A stretch of DNA of 64,000 bases from Heteronotia binoei (GCF_032191835.1 NC_083241.1:372001-436000); one strand, 5' to 3'. Shown: positions 30,668-44,100, numbered from the stretch's first letter. Notes: generated by a model from the letters alone, not told the origin. Numbers and translations are program-made.

Positions 30668-33600
30668 TCAGTTCACCTTCCGCTTCTTGGCAGAGGGCCT
30701 CTCAAAGACATCCCGCACCCCAGCTGCCTTCTGCTTGAAGAACTTGGTATTTTGTGCACTCTCCTGGCCCCAGGCGGAGTCAAAGGAGGTGGTATCCTGG
30801 TCCACCAAGTGCGTGTATTTAGTTCGCCCAGAACGCCCAAAGTTCTTCACCTGGAAAGCAGAAGAGAATTTTAAGGAAAGGGTAAATTTTGAGCAGTGGC
30901 CAAAGAATCACCTTTGATTTCAGTAAAACTCCAGGCATTGGGGGTGGCGTGGGGGTTATGGATACATAAGGGAAAATTCAAGTTAGCTACAGGTTGTGTC
31001 CCGCCCCTCCAAAAAAAGTGTTCCTCTTTCACCTGCATGACTTTTGGCAAGATGGTCTTGTTGAAGTGATCCTCCAGAGTTGGGGCACTGAAGTCCCTCT
31101 TGTACACATCTTCATCTTCATCCTGGGAGTAAAGAGTCAGGGTTGAGTGGGGGGCAAGGCCTCACACCTTCTCTCCTCTCCATTGGTTTGTGCTGGAGAA
31201 AAATGCCTCTATGGGTAGTTCAGGGAACACTCAAATGAAGCAGAGGCCATTTCTTCTTCCCAGGCCCTGCAGTGATGCCAACAGGCCCACTTCAGGCTCC
31301 TCCCAACACAGCTCCTGCTGCATTCCAGAAGCTTCTCCTCTCCTACAGGTCCCAGGCAGAAAAGGGGCTGTCCCAGCACCACTGCCTGAGATGCCGTGAG
31401 TTGGAGATGCAGATACAGTCCGTGTGCAGACCCTGGACTTCTCTCCCCTCCTCACCAGTGCTCCCCACATACCATGAAGAAGGCCCCCCGATGGTAGTAC
31501 TTCTGCAGGAATTTGTATTTGCCCTTCACTGCCTTGTTGGTGATGACTTTGCCATTTGCTCGGAGCTCTGCGCGGCGTTCCTCCTCTGTCAGATTCCTCA
31601 CACGCTCAATCTCTGCCTTCTCCTTCTCTAGCCTACAGAAAGGTTAAAGTTCCATTCAGGAATCTGTTTCGTTTAATCAATTTATATCCCACCCTCCCTG
31701 CTGAAGCAGGCTCAGGGTGGCTGCACAGATAGCCTCTCCATGCATGCCCCATCTCCCATGGTGGAGAGACTTGCATTTGCCCAGGAAAAAAGCAAACAAA
31801 AACAAGTATTTCAATCAGCTTCCCAACCAATTTATATATTCTCTGAGTCAGCATGCATGCTAGTAAGTTGCCCTGACAATGGTTTGTGACCAATGAGCTG
31901 TCATGCTAACTCTAAAACTTCTGCTGTAACCATATGTGCTGACGTGATTAATCACAATGTTAAAGGTTTCACTTTGGCTTCTACTACAAAAAGATATCAA
32001 ACATTACTTGTCCAAAAAACACTGTGTTCAGAGCTCTCCAGAAGCAAGTCTGGTAACAAGAGCAAGATAAAATCTAATTGTTCCAATTTACACAGTAACA
32101 TAGTTTGACTTGTGTTGTCACGCATAACGCTTATTGTACAGCCTCCTCCATTTAAAACCTACCTTTCTCTCATTTTGCTTGACAGAGGTTCTAATTCATA
32201 TTTAAGAGACTGCATAGGCATTCATATGTTTCTGTTATAGTTTAAAGCTGAATAAAATGTTTAACCAATTTTTAAAAAAGTAATCACATTTTAAAAATCA
32301 AGCTTTAGGTTTTTAAAAATTGGTTTATACTTGCACCTGCTTTCCAAATCATCTACTAAACTCCTTGCCAGATCAAAGGAATCAAATCCCACTAGAATTC
32401 ACCTCAAAAACTCCAGCTCCTCCTCAGTCCAGAAAACTCCCTCGTCTTGAGGCAGCCACCATAGACAAAGCCCTGTTTGACGCTGTGCCTCAGGTATTCA
32501 GAGAAGAAAATGGCCCTTAGCTCTGGCCCAACTACACTTACGCTTCCCGTTCTTCACGGTCCCGCTTGATCCGCTTCAACTCCCGGACTTTCCAGGCCTC
32601 GTATTCTTCCTCATCATTTTCATCATCGGTGTCAAGCGCATCCAGGGCAGCCAAAGACCGCCTGTTTTCCTCCAGCTCTTTCTTCGCTTCCTCTTCCACG
32701 ATCTGCAATGTCAGTCAATGTGGTGAGTTCCTGACCCTGTCTAGCTCTCTGTTCCACCCTCAGAGCAGCATTCTTGTGTTTCCCTCTTACCTTAAGCGTG
32801 TACTTGCGCCTCTCCTCAGCCATCCGCTTCGCCTCCTGCTCCAGTTCTTTCTGCTTCACTGCCTCTGCCTCTCGTTCCTGGACTGTGACTCGGTCCTTCC
32901 TGCAGAGACATTTGTGGTGAGCCCTGTGCTCTTTACTGCCCTACTCTGTGCAGAATGACAGCCATGAAACTGCCCTCTAGAATCCATGCATGAATTTGAT
33001 GAACTCCCCGGCTTCTTCTGGGGAACTCCAGAGACCATGCCTTCTCATGCTACCAACAAGAAGAAACCATGCCAGTGTTGCAAAACAGGGAATGCTTTCA
33101 CAGCAGATTCCCGGCCCCTTCTGATGCCGCCCTAATATGAAATCAGTTGATGAGAATTAACTTCCACCCGCCTCAAAGCAGCAAAGGCCCCTACTTGCGG
33201 ATGAAGACTGGTTTGAGGCGTGGCTCAGTCTCATCCTCACTGTCTGTGTATTCCTCGTATTCCGACTCAGACTCTGACTCCTCCCCAGAGTGGCCTTCAT
33301 CTTCCAGCTCCATCACTTCCATCTCCTCATTCTTCCGCTCCTGGGCACGTTGCCGCATCATGCTACGGCGGCGCTCAATTTCCTAGCAACAGAGAAAGGG
33401 TGAAGCACAGTCCCTGTGGCTGTATTAGAAAGAGATATCTTACATACGCAATTAATAAAAGTTAGACATTCTTCAGAATCTTCAGTTATAAAATCACAAA
33501 TAATGTGCTGAAACTCATGCCAGTCAGACTAGATGACTAGTCTGAGTTGGTATTAGATATTTTTATGTAATAATGTGTTTCTACAAGAAAACATACTTCT

Positions 33601-34667
33601 GAAATTCAGAAGGATGCAGCAGCACAAATGTCCGACCCCTGGCAGTGTTGGAATAACTTTGTTATTTGCAAGCTTCACGTGGTTCCACCCAAAACACAAA
33701 GCCTAAGAGTGTTGGAATCTAGAGTGCAACCAGATCTGTACCTCATCATCAATTTCTTCCTCTTCTTCTTCACTGGTGTCCTCCCGTTCCATGTGCCATG
33801 CCTCTCCCTCCACTTCGGAGTCACTCTCCCCCACCACTTCTGGCTCCACAATCTTACGGTGCCTTGCCAGCCTGGAAAATAAACTCAGTTGTAAGCCAGA
33901 GATTTTGAAACAGCTGCCTCGTCACATGTGCAGGCATAACTTGGCTTCTGTGCCTCTTCCTCTCATCTGCCTAGAAGAGCCACATGTGGTTCTTTCACAC
34001 ATATTGTGTGGCTCTTGAAGCCCCACCCCATTAGCTGACCTGGAAAAGGCATTTTTCTCTTTAAATCACTTCTGCAAACCAAGCCAGCTTGGAGAGTGCA
34101 TTTAAAGTTGCTTTCTTTCCACTCTCCCTCCTTCCCCCATCTATTTGCCTGCCTTCTTTCCGGCTCTCAAACACCTAATGTTTATTCTACGTGGCTCTTA
34201 TGCACCCCTGGCCTAGAGCTTCAGACGATCTTTGGGTGGGTGCCACAGCCCCGGCCAGGCCAACCTCTCCTCCACGTCCTCGCTGATGCGGTTTTGGAGG
34301 CGCCGCAGCCGGGGGTCGCTGGCCAGCTCTTCGTCTTTCTCCTCGGGCTCGAGCTCCTGCTCCTTGGCCTTCTTGATGAACTGGAACTCCTCGTCCTCCT
34401 CGTCGGACGACTCCATGGGCGCGTAGTCGGGCCGCTTGCCGGACACGTAGCGCTTCACCTTCACCTTCTCCATGGAGATCTCGCCTGCGGGGGAGGAAGC
34501 GGCGGCGGTCAGCGCGGCCCCCACCCCACCCCGCCCGCCTCCCCCCACCGGGTCTCCCGCTCACCCTTCTCGTTGCGGACCGGGACGGCGCCGGCCGTGG
34601 ACTGGATGGGGGGCTGCTTCATGAGGGCGCTGGCGCTGCCGCCGCTGCCGCCGCCGGAGCCCGCCAT
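30668..34667 (-). CDS. MFAP1: Microfibrillar-associated protein 1 (spliceosomal B-complex factor), 447 aa
   Basis: Minus exons 34667-34565, 34484-34265, 33871-33742, 33382-33195, 32899-32791, 32702-32542, 31632-31473, 31122-31033, 30850-30668. Total 1344 nt, in frame. [53 protein letters not shown]. Possible ATTAAA at 30377-30382. Confidence 0.98.
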
Positions 34668-35230
34668 GGTGACCGGGAGGGGAGGAGAGGAGCGGCCCGC
34701 CTGCTGCAGCGACGTTGGCGACCACCGCTGAGGCGACCCGGAAGTTTTCCCGCGCGGGTCACGCACTTCCGGCAAGGGGCCGCCAGAGCAGGAAGGAAGA
34801 GTCCCTTGGCGCAGCCCGCTTCCGGAGGCGGGACTTCCTCCTCCTGGCGGGGGCTGAGAGGGCGAGGGACGGAGGGAGGGGCGCGGCTCTGCGTGAGTCG
34901 CTGTTCGCCCCCGCCGCAGAGGGGGAGAGGCGGCCACTCCTCCTCCTCCTCCTCTTCTGGGGCTGCCCTGGAGGAGGGCGCCAGGCTCTCTCGCTTTGGC
35001 AGCCTCGGGTTAGTACCTCTCTCGCCTGGATTCGCACTCGCAACCGCGGCGCTGGACCGCCCCGCCCCGCCCCTGGATGGGGCCGAGACTCCTGCGGCAC
35101 ACGGAGGGCTGGCGGGCGGGCGGCCTGAGAGATCCAGTGGAGGACTGCGGGGCCTTCGAACGTGGTGGTGGGCGCGGGCACAGCCCACCCCCCGCAAGCG
35201 CTGGACAGCGAGGCTTGGGCGGAGCATGAG
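34200..35230 (-). promoter_or_regulatory. MFAP1 CpG-island promoter
   Basis: CpG-rich, with several ccggaagt/acttccgg ETS motifs near 34735-34840 and a strong Kozak gtcaccATGg. Confidence 0.75.
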
Positions 35231-35254
35231 AAGGAGGGCAGGAAGGGATGCGTC

Positions 35255-35505
35255 TCGTCCTTCTCATGGCCCTTTCTTACACCCCCGCAAGGAAATGCTG
35301 ACCCCCACTTTGGGGTCAGGCAGCAGTTTTTCTCCAGGACGGTTTGGCCAGAGATCCTGGAAGGTTTGGGGGGCTTTATGCCACCTTCTTGGAGTAGAGT
35401 AGGGGTCACTGGGGGTGTGGGGGAGGTATTTCTGAGTTTACTGCATTGTGCAGAGGGTTGGACTAGATGACCCTGGAGGTCCCTTCCAACTCTAGGATTC
35501 TGCGA
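35255..35505 (+). mobile_element. CR1 3' end fragment
   Basis: gggttggactagatgaccctggaggtcccttccaactctaggattct terminus. Confidence 0.75.
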
Positions 35506-36863
35506 TTTCCTCTTCTGCCCAGCTAGTAAGGGCACTGGAGTTCTTTCCTTGCCCTGCATCCCTCGAGTGAGTATAACATATAGTGTCTAATTTATTCCGT
35601 TATTTCTAGGCTGCCTTTCTCACTAAGATTGAAGGCAGGTGACACTGTGTGCATCAATGCAAACAGCAGGGTCAGCTATCTAATAAGCAGTGTAACAGGA
35701 TTCCAGCAATCTGAAACAAGGCATAAAATATTAGACTAGATACAAAGCAGGAAATGGTATTAAATATAAAACAATACAGGGACAGCAAGGTTATACAGTA
35801 AACAAGTGACACATACTACAGAGTGGTACAGTTCACAGTCCTGTCTCCTTTATAGAAGTACCTTCCTGAACCATTCTGTTGTAACCATCCCAGCTTGATA
35901 AAAACACCCTCCTAAATAATCCTGTTTAACAGTCTGTGGAGTGACAGAAGCTGGGAGCCTGCATGACCTCACCAGGCAGACCATTCCATAAGGCAGGGGC
36001 CACAGCAGAGAAGGCACCTGTATGGACAGGGTTGATTTTGTTCCTTTGCAGGTTGGCCCCTGCAAAGGCCCTGCTCAGATGAGTGAGCTGGTTGTGGTGA
36101 GCAGAGGAGCCCCCTCCTCCTTCAGCTGAGGCAGCTGGCAGTTCTTAAAGAGCCAGGTCAATGCTTGATAGAGTCCAGTTCCATGACTGTGAATGATTTC
36201 TTGTAAAGGGGCTGAACAACATGGGAGTCAGATTATGCCCCACGGAGCCCCACCAGACAGCTGCCACACTGGAGGTAGCTGGTCTCCAATGGCAGCCTTT
36301 AGAGGAACAATTTAAACCAGTTCCAGGCACACCCACATCTCCAGAGTATGATGTGATGTCCTGTATCAAAGGCTGCAGCTCTCACAAGAGCCACAGAGAG
36401 GCCTGGCCTTTCTCTACCTCCAGACAGAAGAGAGGTCATCAAATAAAGCCGTCAGGGCCATCTCTGCCCCATTGCCCAGCCTGAAAAGAGTCCAGACCAG
36501 ATGAGTCACGCAGGAAGAGCAGGAGTTGTTCGGCTAGAGTCCTGTCAGTCACTTTGCCCAGAAAGGACAGATGAGAGACTGGGTGATAATTGTTGGCTAC
36601 ATCGTTTTTCTGTAGGGATGGTCTTTAAATTAATGAGCAGATAACCTTGTGTTTGAGTGGCCAAGGGAAGGTGCCCAGAGTGATGTACTGTAGACATCAA
36701 GGGCTCATCAGTGTGACTCTTACATGATTTTAGCAGCAGGGGGAAGAGTCAAATACACAAGTTGTGGCCTTCCTGGATCCCAGGATCCTGTCAATATCCA
36801 TCATGGTAACTGGGTCAAAATGCTCTGGAAACCATCTAGATGATGTATGAGATATTTGAAGAT

Positions 36864-37098
36864 GAGTTGGTTTTAAACCCTGCCCTTCAGTACCCAAAGG
36901 GGTCTCAGAGCAGCCTACCATCACCTTCCCTTCCTCTTCCCACAACAGACACCCTCCCTTTGAGGGTCAAGATTGTTCCGAGAGAACTGTGACTAACCCA
37001 AGGTCACCCAGCTGGCTGCATGTGGAGAAGTGGGGAATCAAACCTGGTTCTTCAGATTAGAGTCTACTGGTCTTAACCATGATAGCAAGCTGGGTCTC
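36864..37098 (-). mobile_element. Degenerate Squam3-like SINE
   Basis: cccacaacagacaccct..ccaaggtcacccag..tggggaatcaaacctggttc. Confidence 0.7.
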
Positions 37099-37699
37099 CA
37101 TTATTTGTGTTATTTTGTTTTAAAAAAGCACTTTCTGGCAATGGTGTCACAAAGGTGTTTTTCACTGGAAAAATGTAGAGTCTGAAAACTTTTTCTTAAG
37201 CTATAACTTTTTTTTTAGGGGGGGACTTCCTTTAAGAAGCATTTAACTCATTATGAAAGAGAAAACCTTTCATATGTTTTTTTTCCAGTCTCAAAAAGCC
37301 CCCCCCCCCCGCCCAGACCTTTACATTTCTGTTGCTGCCTGTCCCAGTCATTAGTGGCAAATATCCTGGCTGCTTCTGTTGATCCCATTTATATCTTATG
37401 TACCTCATTTATCCCCTGCCTTTCTACCCAGTGTGTGTGTGGGGGGGTTTCCAAAGCAGTTGCATCTTTTCCCTGTCTCCTGTTTTATCCTCACAACAAC
37501 CCTATGAGGGAGGCGAGGCTGAGAGAGTGTGTGGCCCCAAGCCTCTATGGCGGAAGGGGGGGGGGTTGAATCTGCAGCTCCCACATCCTAGCCTAACATT
37601 CTACGCATCCCACCATGCTGGCTTATGAAGGGGTTTGCATCCAGTTGCACAGCAACTCTACAAAGCAGAGCCACAGTGTGGATCTGTTTTTATAGGTAA

Positions 37700-38450
37700 G
37701 GAAGTATGGCTAAAAGTAGCCCTCCTTAGTGTATTTAGGTGCGTCCTTGTGGACAAGCGAGTCACACGGCTGCAGAACAGACTAATTTGAGTGCTGTCCA
37801 GACCACTAATGCCAAAAAGAATACACATGATGCAGTGACGACGTCAGAAAGAGAGACCAGTTAATCTTCATTCTTTTCAGGGCTGCCCAAATGCTTGCGG
37901 AAGCCGTTCCCGAGGAGAGCACATTCTTAACAAGACCTTTCCCAGAAAAAGCCTGCAGCTTCCTGCAACACAGAACAGGAAGTCCTGAAGGCTGGCGGTT
38001 TTTGAAGTAAGATCTCCCCCCACACCCCCAAACCACTTTAAACATGATGCTGGCCTTATCAAAGAAAATTACCAGATGTTTGTGATTTCCCCTAGCAGAG
38101 CTGACTAATTCTGAGTGTGTTAAGATAATTGCTGGGGTGACTTTCTGGCTGTCTGGCTTGTTTTCAGTAACACCAAAGATACCTGTCTGATTTCCTGCTT
38201 TGATACAGCTTTTGAGGCCTGAGGTTTTGTGTGTGCCCCTTTCACAAACTTTCCTGGAACAGTCACTTCTTGCGTCATGTTTCTACACTGATCCAGTTTC
38301 TGGCCAGAAACCTGCGTGGGACAGATGTCAGTAAAAGCTCAAAGGCACAAACGGAATATGCAAAAGCAGCATTATAAACCAGGGAGGATTAAAAAGCCAA
38401 GGCTACTTTGTACGTGTGTGGTGCATCAAGCGAGATGGTTTGGGTAAAGG
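37700..38450 (+). promoter_or_regulatory. Candidate FURIN distal TATA (P1-like) promoter and non-coding exon
   Basis: TATAAA at 38373-38378, GAS motifs TTCCCAGAA (37939-37947) and TTCCTGGAA (38251-38259), CRE-like tgacgacgtca, CAGAC boxes, candidate donor tgg|gtaaag near 38443. The assignment is inference. Confidence 0.45.
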
Positions 38451-39399
38451 GGACAGGCCTGGCCTCTTGGGGCTCTCTTGCTTCTTTGCAGGTTCTCTCA
38501 AGGAGACCCTCTTGCGGAGCATCTGTCTCCCTCCCTCGGTCTGGGGCAGGTGGGTGTGCCAGACCCTTTGGATAGAGGGGAGGGAGCAGGGCCGCTTGGA
38601 GCCTGTCCCCCAGACAGCTAGCATGAAGGAAGAGCCAGTGCCTGCCAGGGAGCTATACCCCCCCCCCCCCTTGCCTGAGAAGAGGGTCTACCCGCTGGCC
38701 TTTACTCATCGCTTCCAAGGGCTGTGCTTTGTTGCAGAGGAGGCAAGTGGGGAGACCCCGAGAGTGCGTGCCAGCCCGCGGAGCATTGCTAATAGAATGC
38801 ACTGTTGCGTCCACCTGCATAGGGGGCAGGCCCTGGTTTGAGTGACGCCAGCAAGGTTGGGTGAGTTGCTCTGCCAGCACAGGTGGCTGCCTGATGCGGC
38901 AGGGGCTCTCCAAAGCTGCTCTGAGGGTGATGCTGTGAGCGGCAGTCCTCAAGGACTCTCGAGGTGGCCTCAGGCAAGCTGCTTTCCCTGCGGTCAGAAG
39001 AGTGGCCTGCCTTGCAGGGCTCTTGGAAGGATTCTTGTGGTGGTGGTGGGGTTTTCTTGCACACCAAGCTGCTTGAGCTCAGAAAAGGAGGCAGCAATGC
39101 AGTGGTGAGGCAGGGCCTAATCCTGGTCCTCTGAGAGACTGACTGGAGGAGGGGGACTTCTTCTGCCTGTCCTACAAGAGATCCAGAGGGGTGGTTGTGT
39201 GAGTGTGTCTGCGGCAGTGGAGAAGAGGCAGAGTGGCAGGGCCCGGCCAAGGCGGTATCAGGCAGGGGGGGGGGGGGTGGCTGGAGTTCACCCGCCACAT
39301 TTCCCGGGCTGGGGGGAGGGGGGGCTGCTCCACTCTGAGCCCAGGGCCATGGTGAGGGGCTGGTGGGGGGTGGCAGAAAGGCGCCTCCTGGCTGGTGTG

Positions 39400-40200
39400 G
39401 GCACCCTGGCCAGCGGGTGAGGCTCCCGTGGGGGCGGCGGCCTGGCACCTGGAAGGTGTTGGCGGCGGGGAGGCGGGCAGATCGGCGCGGCCGGGCGGAG
39501 GGAGGGAGGGAGGCAGGCAGGAAGTGGCAGCCGCTTGCGCGTCGTCGGGCAGGCTGGCCTTCGGAGAAGGGCTTCGACGAGGAGGAGGAGGAGGAGGAAG
39601 CGGCGGCCGGGGTCAGTCGCCCGGGGGTGGGGGCTGCCCTTCCAGCCGAGCGAGTTGCGGGGTGGGGGGCCTCTCTCTCCCTCCCTCTCCCCGGCCCGGG
39701 GCTGGCTGGCTGGCGGGGCGCCTCGTCGGCGTAAACAAGCGCCTGCCTGCCTGGCCTCGGCTCGCCCGCCCGCCCGGGCTCCGGTGCACAGGGGCTGGCC
39801 AGGCCGGGCGAGGCGAGGCGAGCGCAGCCGGAGGAGCTCCCGGCCCGGGCAGGACGGAGGTGAGCGGCGGGGGGGGGGGGGGCGACCTTGGCTGCTGCCG
39901 CCGCGGCGGGAAGCGCTCCGGAGGGGGGCGCCGGACACCCCCGCAGCAGGGGGCGGCGGCCGGGGCTCCGCGGGGAGGAGAGGCCCGGGGGGTGGGGGGG
40001 GAAGGCCTCTCTGGCTGGCTCGGGGCTCTGGAGGCGCGGCGGGGCTTGCCATTCCTGGCAGCCTCTCCCCGGGGGGAGGGTGGCCTGCCCGCCCCCCCCC
40101 CCCGGGTTTGAGCCTCAGGCTCCCTGCCCAAAGCCCCAGCACTGCCGCCGCCGCCGCGCGGCCCTCGGACCTCCTCCAGGCCCTGATGCTTCCTGCGGGG
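39400..40200 (+). promoter_or_regulatory. FURIN CpG-island promoter with non-coding exon 1
   Basis: Very CpG-rich, with donor ggag|GTGAGC after 39859. The matching acceptor of the first coding exon is at 40955/40956. Confidence 0.7.
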
Positions 40201-41125
40201 TGGGGTGGCTGGAGGCAGGCCGGTCCTTTCAGAGCACAGAGCTCCCTCTGGGGCAGGTGGGGCAAGGCAGGGGCCCCCGCAAGGTCCCGGGTCCAGTGCC
40301 CAGCAGCTCCACTTAAAGGGATCGGCACCAGGGAGGAGACTGGCCTCTGTGGCCCAGGTTGGGGACGGATTGCATGGCCTGTGCCCCCGGTCCATGGATG
40401 TGCACCTGTTGTGGTGAAGAATGAGCTGATGTCTGCTTGGGAACTCCCCTGAGACACTGGCTCACCACAGTCCCTTGGGCACAAAGACCCAGCGTGGTCA
40501 CTGGAGCACGGGCCCCGCACTTGGATACGCCTTGAGCTGCGCATGCATTGGGCTTAACGTGACCATTACTCCACACAGTGTAGAAAGAACCCTCAAGTGT
40601 CCGCTGCCCATGGATTGCAAGGGCATCCCCTGCAACTGGCCAACAGGGCTTGCCCAAGGCTGCTGCTGCCTCACCTCTTTTGCTCTCCCCTCCTCCTCTT
40701 CCTCGGGCAAAGGGATTGGCTTCGGCACACGACTTGCCTTGTGTGGCTGTTGTCCAGGGCGCTCGGGGGGGGGGGGGGGGCTGGTGGCCACGCTCCCTTG
40801 GAAGCTGCTCAGTGCTGCTGACCCTGGGGGGTGGCTGGGGGTGAGGGACACTCTGTGCTTGCATGTGCCTTGGGAGGGCCTGTCCAGAGTCAGGGCAGCT
40901 TATTCTGATAGGAGATGGACTGGATGCAGAGTCTGATGTGTGCTTTCGCCCCCAGGTGCCGTGCAGGTGACCTGGCGCTGAGAGGCTCCGGCTTTTTCCT
41001 CCCCTCCTGCTGCCTGCCTGATCTCCTGCCACATGCTACCTCGGACTGACTGGGGCCTTGCTAGACGGAGCAAGGGTCCCCTCTGAGCTTCCCGGCCTTC
41101 CTCCCCCCACCTGCTCCTGGCTTTC

Positions 41126-44100
41126 ATGGATCTGAGGCCACCTTTGCTTGCTCTTGCTGTGGACTTTTGTGCTGGCTCTGGAACTCCTGGTCGGGGGCGT
41201 GGTGGGGCCAGCACCTCTACACCAACACCTGGGCTGTACGGGTCCCTGCCGGGCCAAAGGAAGTGGAAAGGCTGGCCCGCAAGCATGGCTTTGTGAACTT
41301 CGGCCCGGTGAGTCCCGCTTCTTGGGGACGCGAGTAGCGCCAGGGCTGGGTGTGCAGTGAAGGAGGCTGGATGGGTGGGGGGAGTTCTTGCTGGGCGTAA
41401 AGGACCTCCTTGGCCAAGAGTGGACCGTGGCCACGTGTGACTGACAGGGGCGGTTGCTGCAGGTAGAGAATTCTTCAAGCCCTCTGAGGAGAGGCTGAAG
41501 GACCGGGCAGGGTTCAGTCTGGAGAAGATGAGGCTGGGCTGGGGGGGCCTGAAGGAAGGGAGCCGCTCCTGTCAGCAGCAGAGGGTGGGACTCGCAAGAA
41601 TGGATTTAGATGGACTGGCACAAAGGGCCCGGCTGAACCCATTGTTTTCACTCTAAGAGTAGTTCAGCAGCTGCCTCGCAGATGTGGCACTGTGATGCCT
41701 TTTTGGCACTCCAATCAGGAAACATCATTGGGAGATGCAGGGGGACTCACCTGGGCTTCAGTGCCCGCAATGGGCAGGGCTGCGTCAGGATGATGCCAGT
41801 GGGGATGGGAAAGAGGCAAGGCAGGGCCTGCTTTTTCTCCAGACACTGTCTGTGTTTGGTTCATTATCGGGGGGGGGGGGGCGGAGAGAGCGGGGGTGGA
41901 TGTGCTTGAGCTGGCACGCAGACCTGACTGGAGATAGGGAGGCAAGAGGGGTCAGATAACTTCCCCCCATTTTACTAACGGAAAAATCGACATTTTGGGG
42001 AGCACTGGAGAAAAAACTCCACAACATATTTTCTTTTAGAAACATTTTTTGACAAATCACTCGCTATGCACAGGATGCCTTGCGTAAAACATTCAGTCCT
42101 CAGTATTAGGAGGTGATTATCGCTACAGCATATTTATTGCTCAGATGTGACTAATTTTTCACAATTCATATGCATATGATGGTAAAACATCATTGAATTT
42201 CAGTGTTGTCAGTCTTACAGAGTTGGCACTCGAATAAGCTGCATGCTGGTTGTTCCTGCATGAGGTGGTTTCTGGGCAGATAAGACCTGCCATCCCTACA
42301 AAATTCCCTGGGTTTTGAGTTTAAGCTTTTGTTTTTTCCTACCTCTCAAATGATAAAAAGTAATACTTTCCTGCTAATGTAGTGGAAAGTCCAGCAGTTT
42401 GCAACCTCTTCTTCCTTTAGTTGTGGGCATGCTCAGAATGTTGGTTGTAGAAATCAAAGTCATTTTCATAATTCTGCCAAAGAGCACAATTATCTATGCT
42501 AACAAAGTTATAAATGACGCTTTTTATGGTGAGAAAGAAAAAAAGTTTAGGCTCGATAACTAAGTATTGCCTATGTTTGTGTTTCCCCAAATGCCCCCTT
42601 TTGCCCAGTAAGAAGGGGGCAGAGTGGTTGTTCACTCAGCAGAATGTGCCCCCCCCCCCCCCGCTGATGTGGCAGCCCCAGGCGGGAAGCAGCTTTGTCT
42701 GTTTGCCTTGCCAGTTTGCTCCCCCCCCTCCTCCCCCCTTCTCAGGTGTCTTCCGGGGCAAAGACCAGCCTTCTTTCTGGAGCGGCCTGCGCTCAAAGGC
42801 CTAGCTCGTGTTTCCCCTGCAGGGCTGGTATCAGCCTCCTGGTCACCTGACCCTCCATTCGGTCTGCTTGGGTCGGGTGCTGGACGGGGAGGTCGTGGGG
42901 GAGTGGTGGGCAGGGATGTAGGCTTGCCAACTCCTGGTGGGGAATTCCTGGAGTTTAGAGAAGGGACCTTGGGATTCTGGCAGTTGGGGAGGGCCCTTGG
43001 TGGGGCATAGAGCCGAAAAGCTCCCCTCCCCACTAAAAAGGCCATGTGTTTTATTGGCCAGCTGGCAGGCAGCCTCGGGCTGGGGTGCCTTGAGAAGCAT
43101 CAGGAACGTGAGAGACACTCAGAAGAGGTTACAAAGACAAGAAATAACTGAGTGCAAGGTCAGTGATCCAATTAAATGACATCAAGCAAACCACTTTTGA
43201 ATTTACAAAAGACAACCTCGTTTCCTGTTAATTCAAAGCAACATGGGCAAACCACGGGCTAATGGTGGACCAGGAAAACACCTCAGTTACAAGTCCAAGT
43301 TTCTACAAAGTCTTTCCATGTCATGGCAATTCTTCTGTAGAATTGTGATTGCAGTCATAAATTTCAAACTGGTCTGAAAACCAATCAGTGTAGCTTCATG
43401 TAGTTTAAACCAGAAGTTAAGAATGTCATTTCAAAGTCCAAAACTTGCAAAGGTTTCATCCAGTGGGCTGGCCAGCCCCAATCACACCCTCGTCGCACTG
43501 GAAGCTTTTTCAAAGGATGGCATCTTCAAGTTCAAAACGTTCTGTTTTCTGCAACACGGATAAGAATTGATCCAGGACTAACGTCCCCATTCAAGGAGAT
43601 TTTGCAGTCAATGAGCGCCGCCCCTCTGGTCACTTAGCGAGGGGGGGGGGAATGTGTACCAATGTCGCCTCCCCTTCTGCCCCTCCCTCCCTCGGCTCAG
43701 AGGGGAGAGGCGGGGCCCTGCTTTCTCCTTCTGCTCTGGAGGGGCAGAGTGGGGGAAGGGACCAGATTTGGCCTGCTGTGGCCACGGCCTGGCTCTCTTG
43801 CCTGTTGCCCCAGCAGTCCAGAGCCTGCCCAGGTGCCCCCTCCCATTTCTGCCTCATTGCCTCAGGAGCTGCCTGCCCCACCCCCCGCCGCTTCCCCCTA
43901 CCCCACAGCCAGATCGGAAGCCCCCCAGGGAAGAGGTGGTGGTGAGTGAAGCGTGGCCTGCCTTGACCTGAGCTCCTGGGGTGGCAGCAGCTGCCAGCTT
44001 GTGGGGAGAGGCTTTGTCTCCCCCGCCCCACTCTGCCGGGGGTGGGCAGAGGTCCTTTGAGCACCTCCACTGCTGCCCTCTCTGGTTCCTGGAAGCAGCA

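Noticed and set aside
32566-34731. Plus-strand ORFs opposite MFAP1 exons
   Set aside because: Antisense shadows of Glu/Lys-rich coding exons.
39288-40544. Long overlapping ORFs (238-418 aa) in the FURIN CpG island
   Set aside because: Expected from stop-codon scarcity at very high GC. The translations are Arg/Gly/Pro/Ala-rich with no domain.
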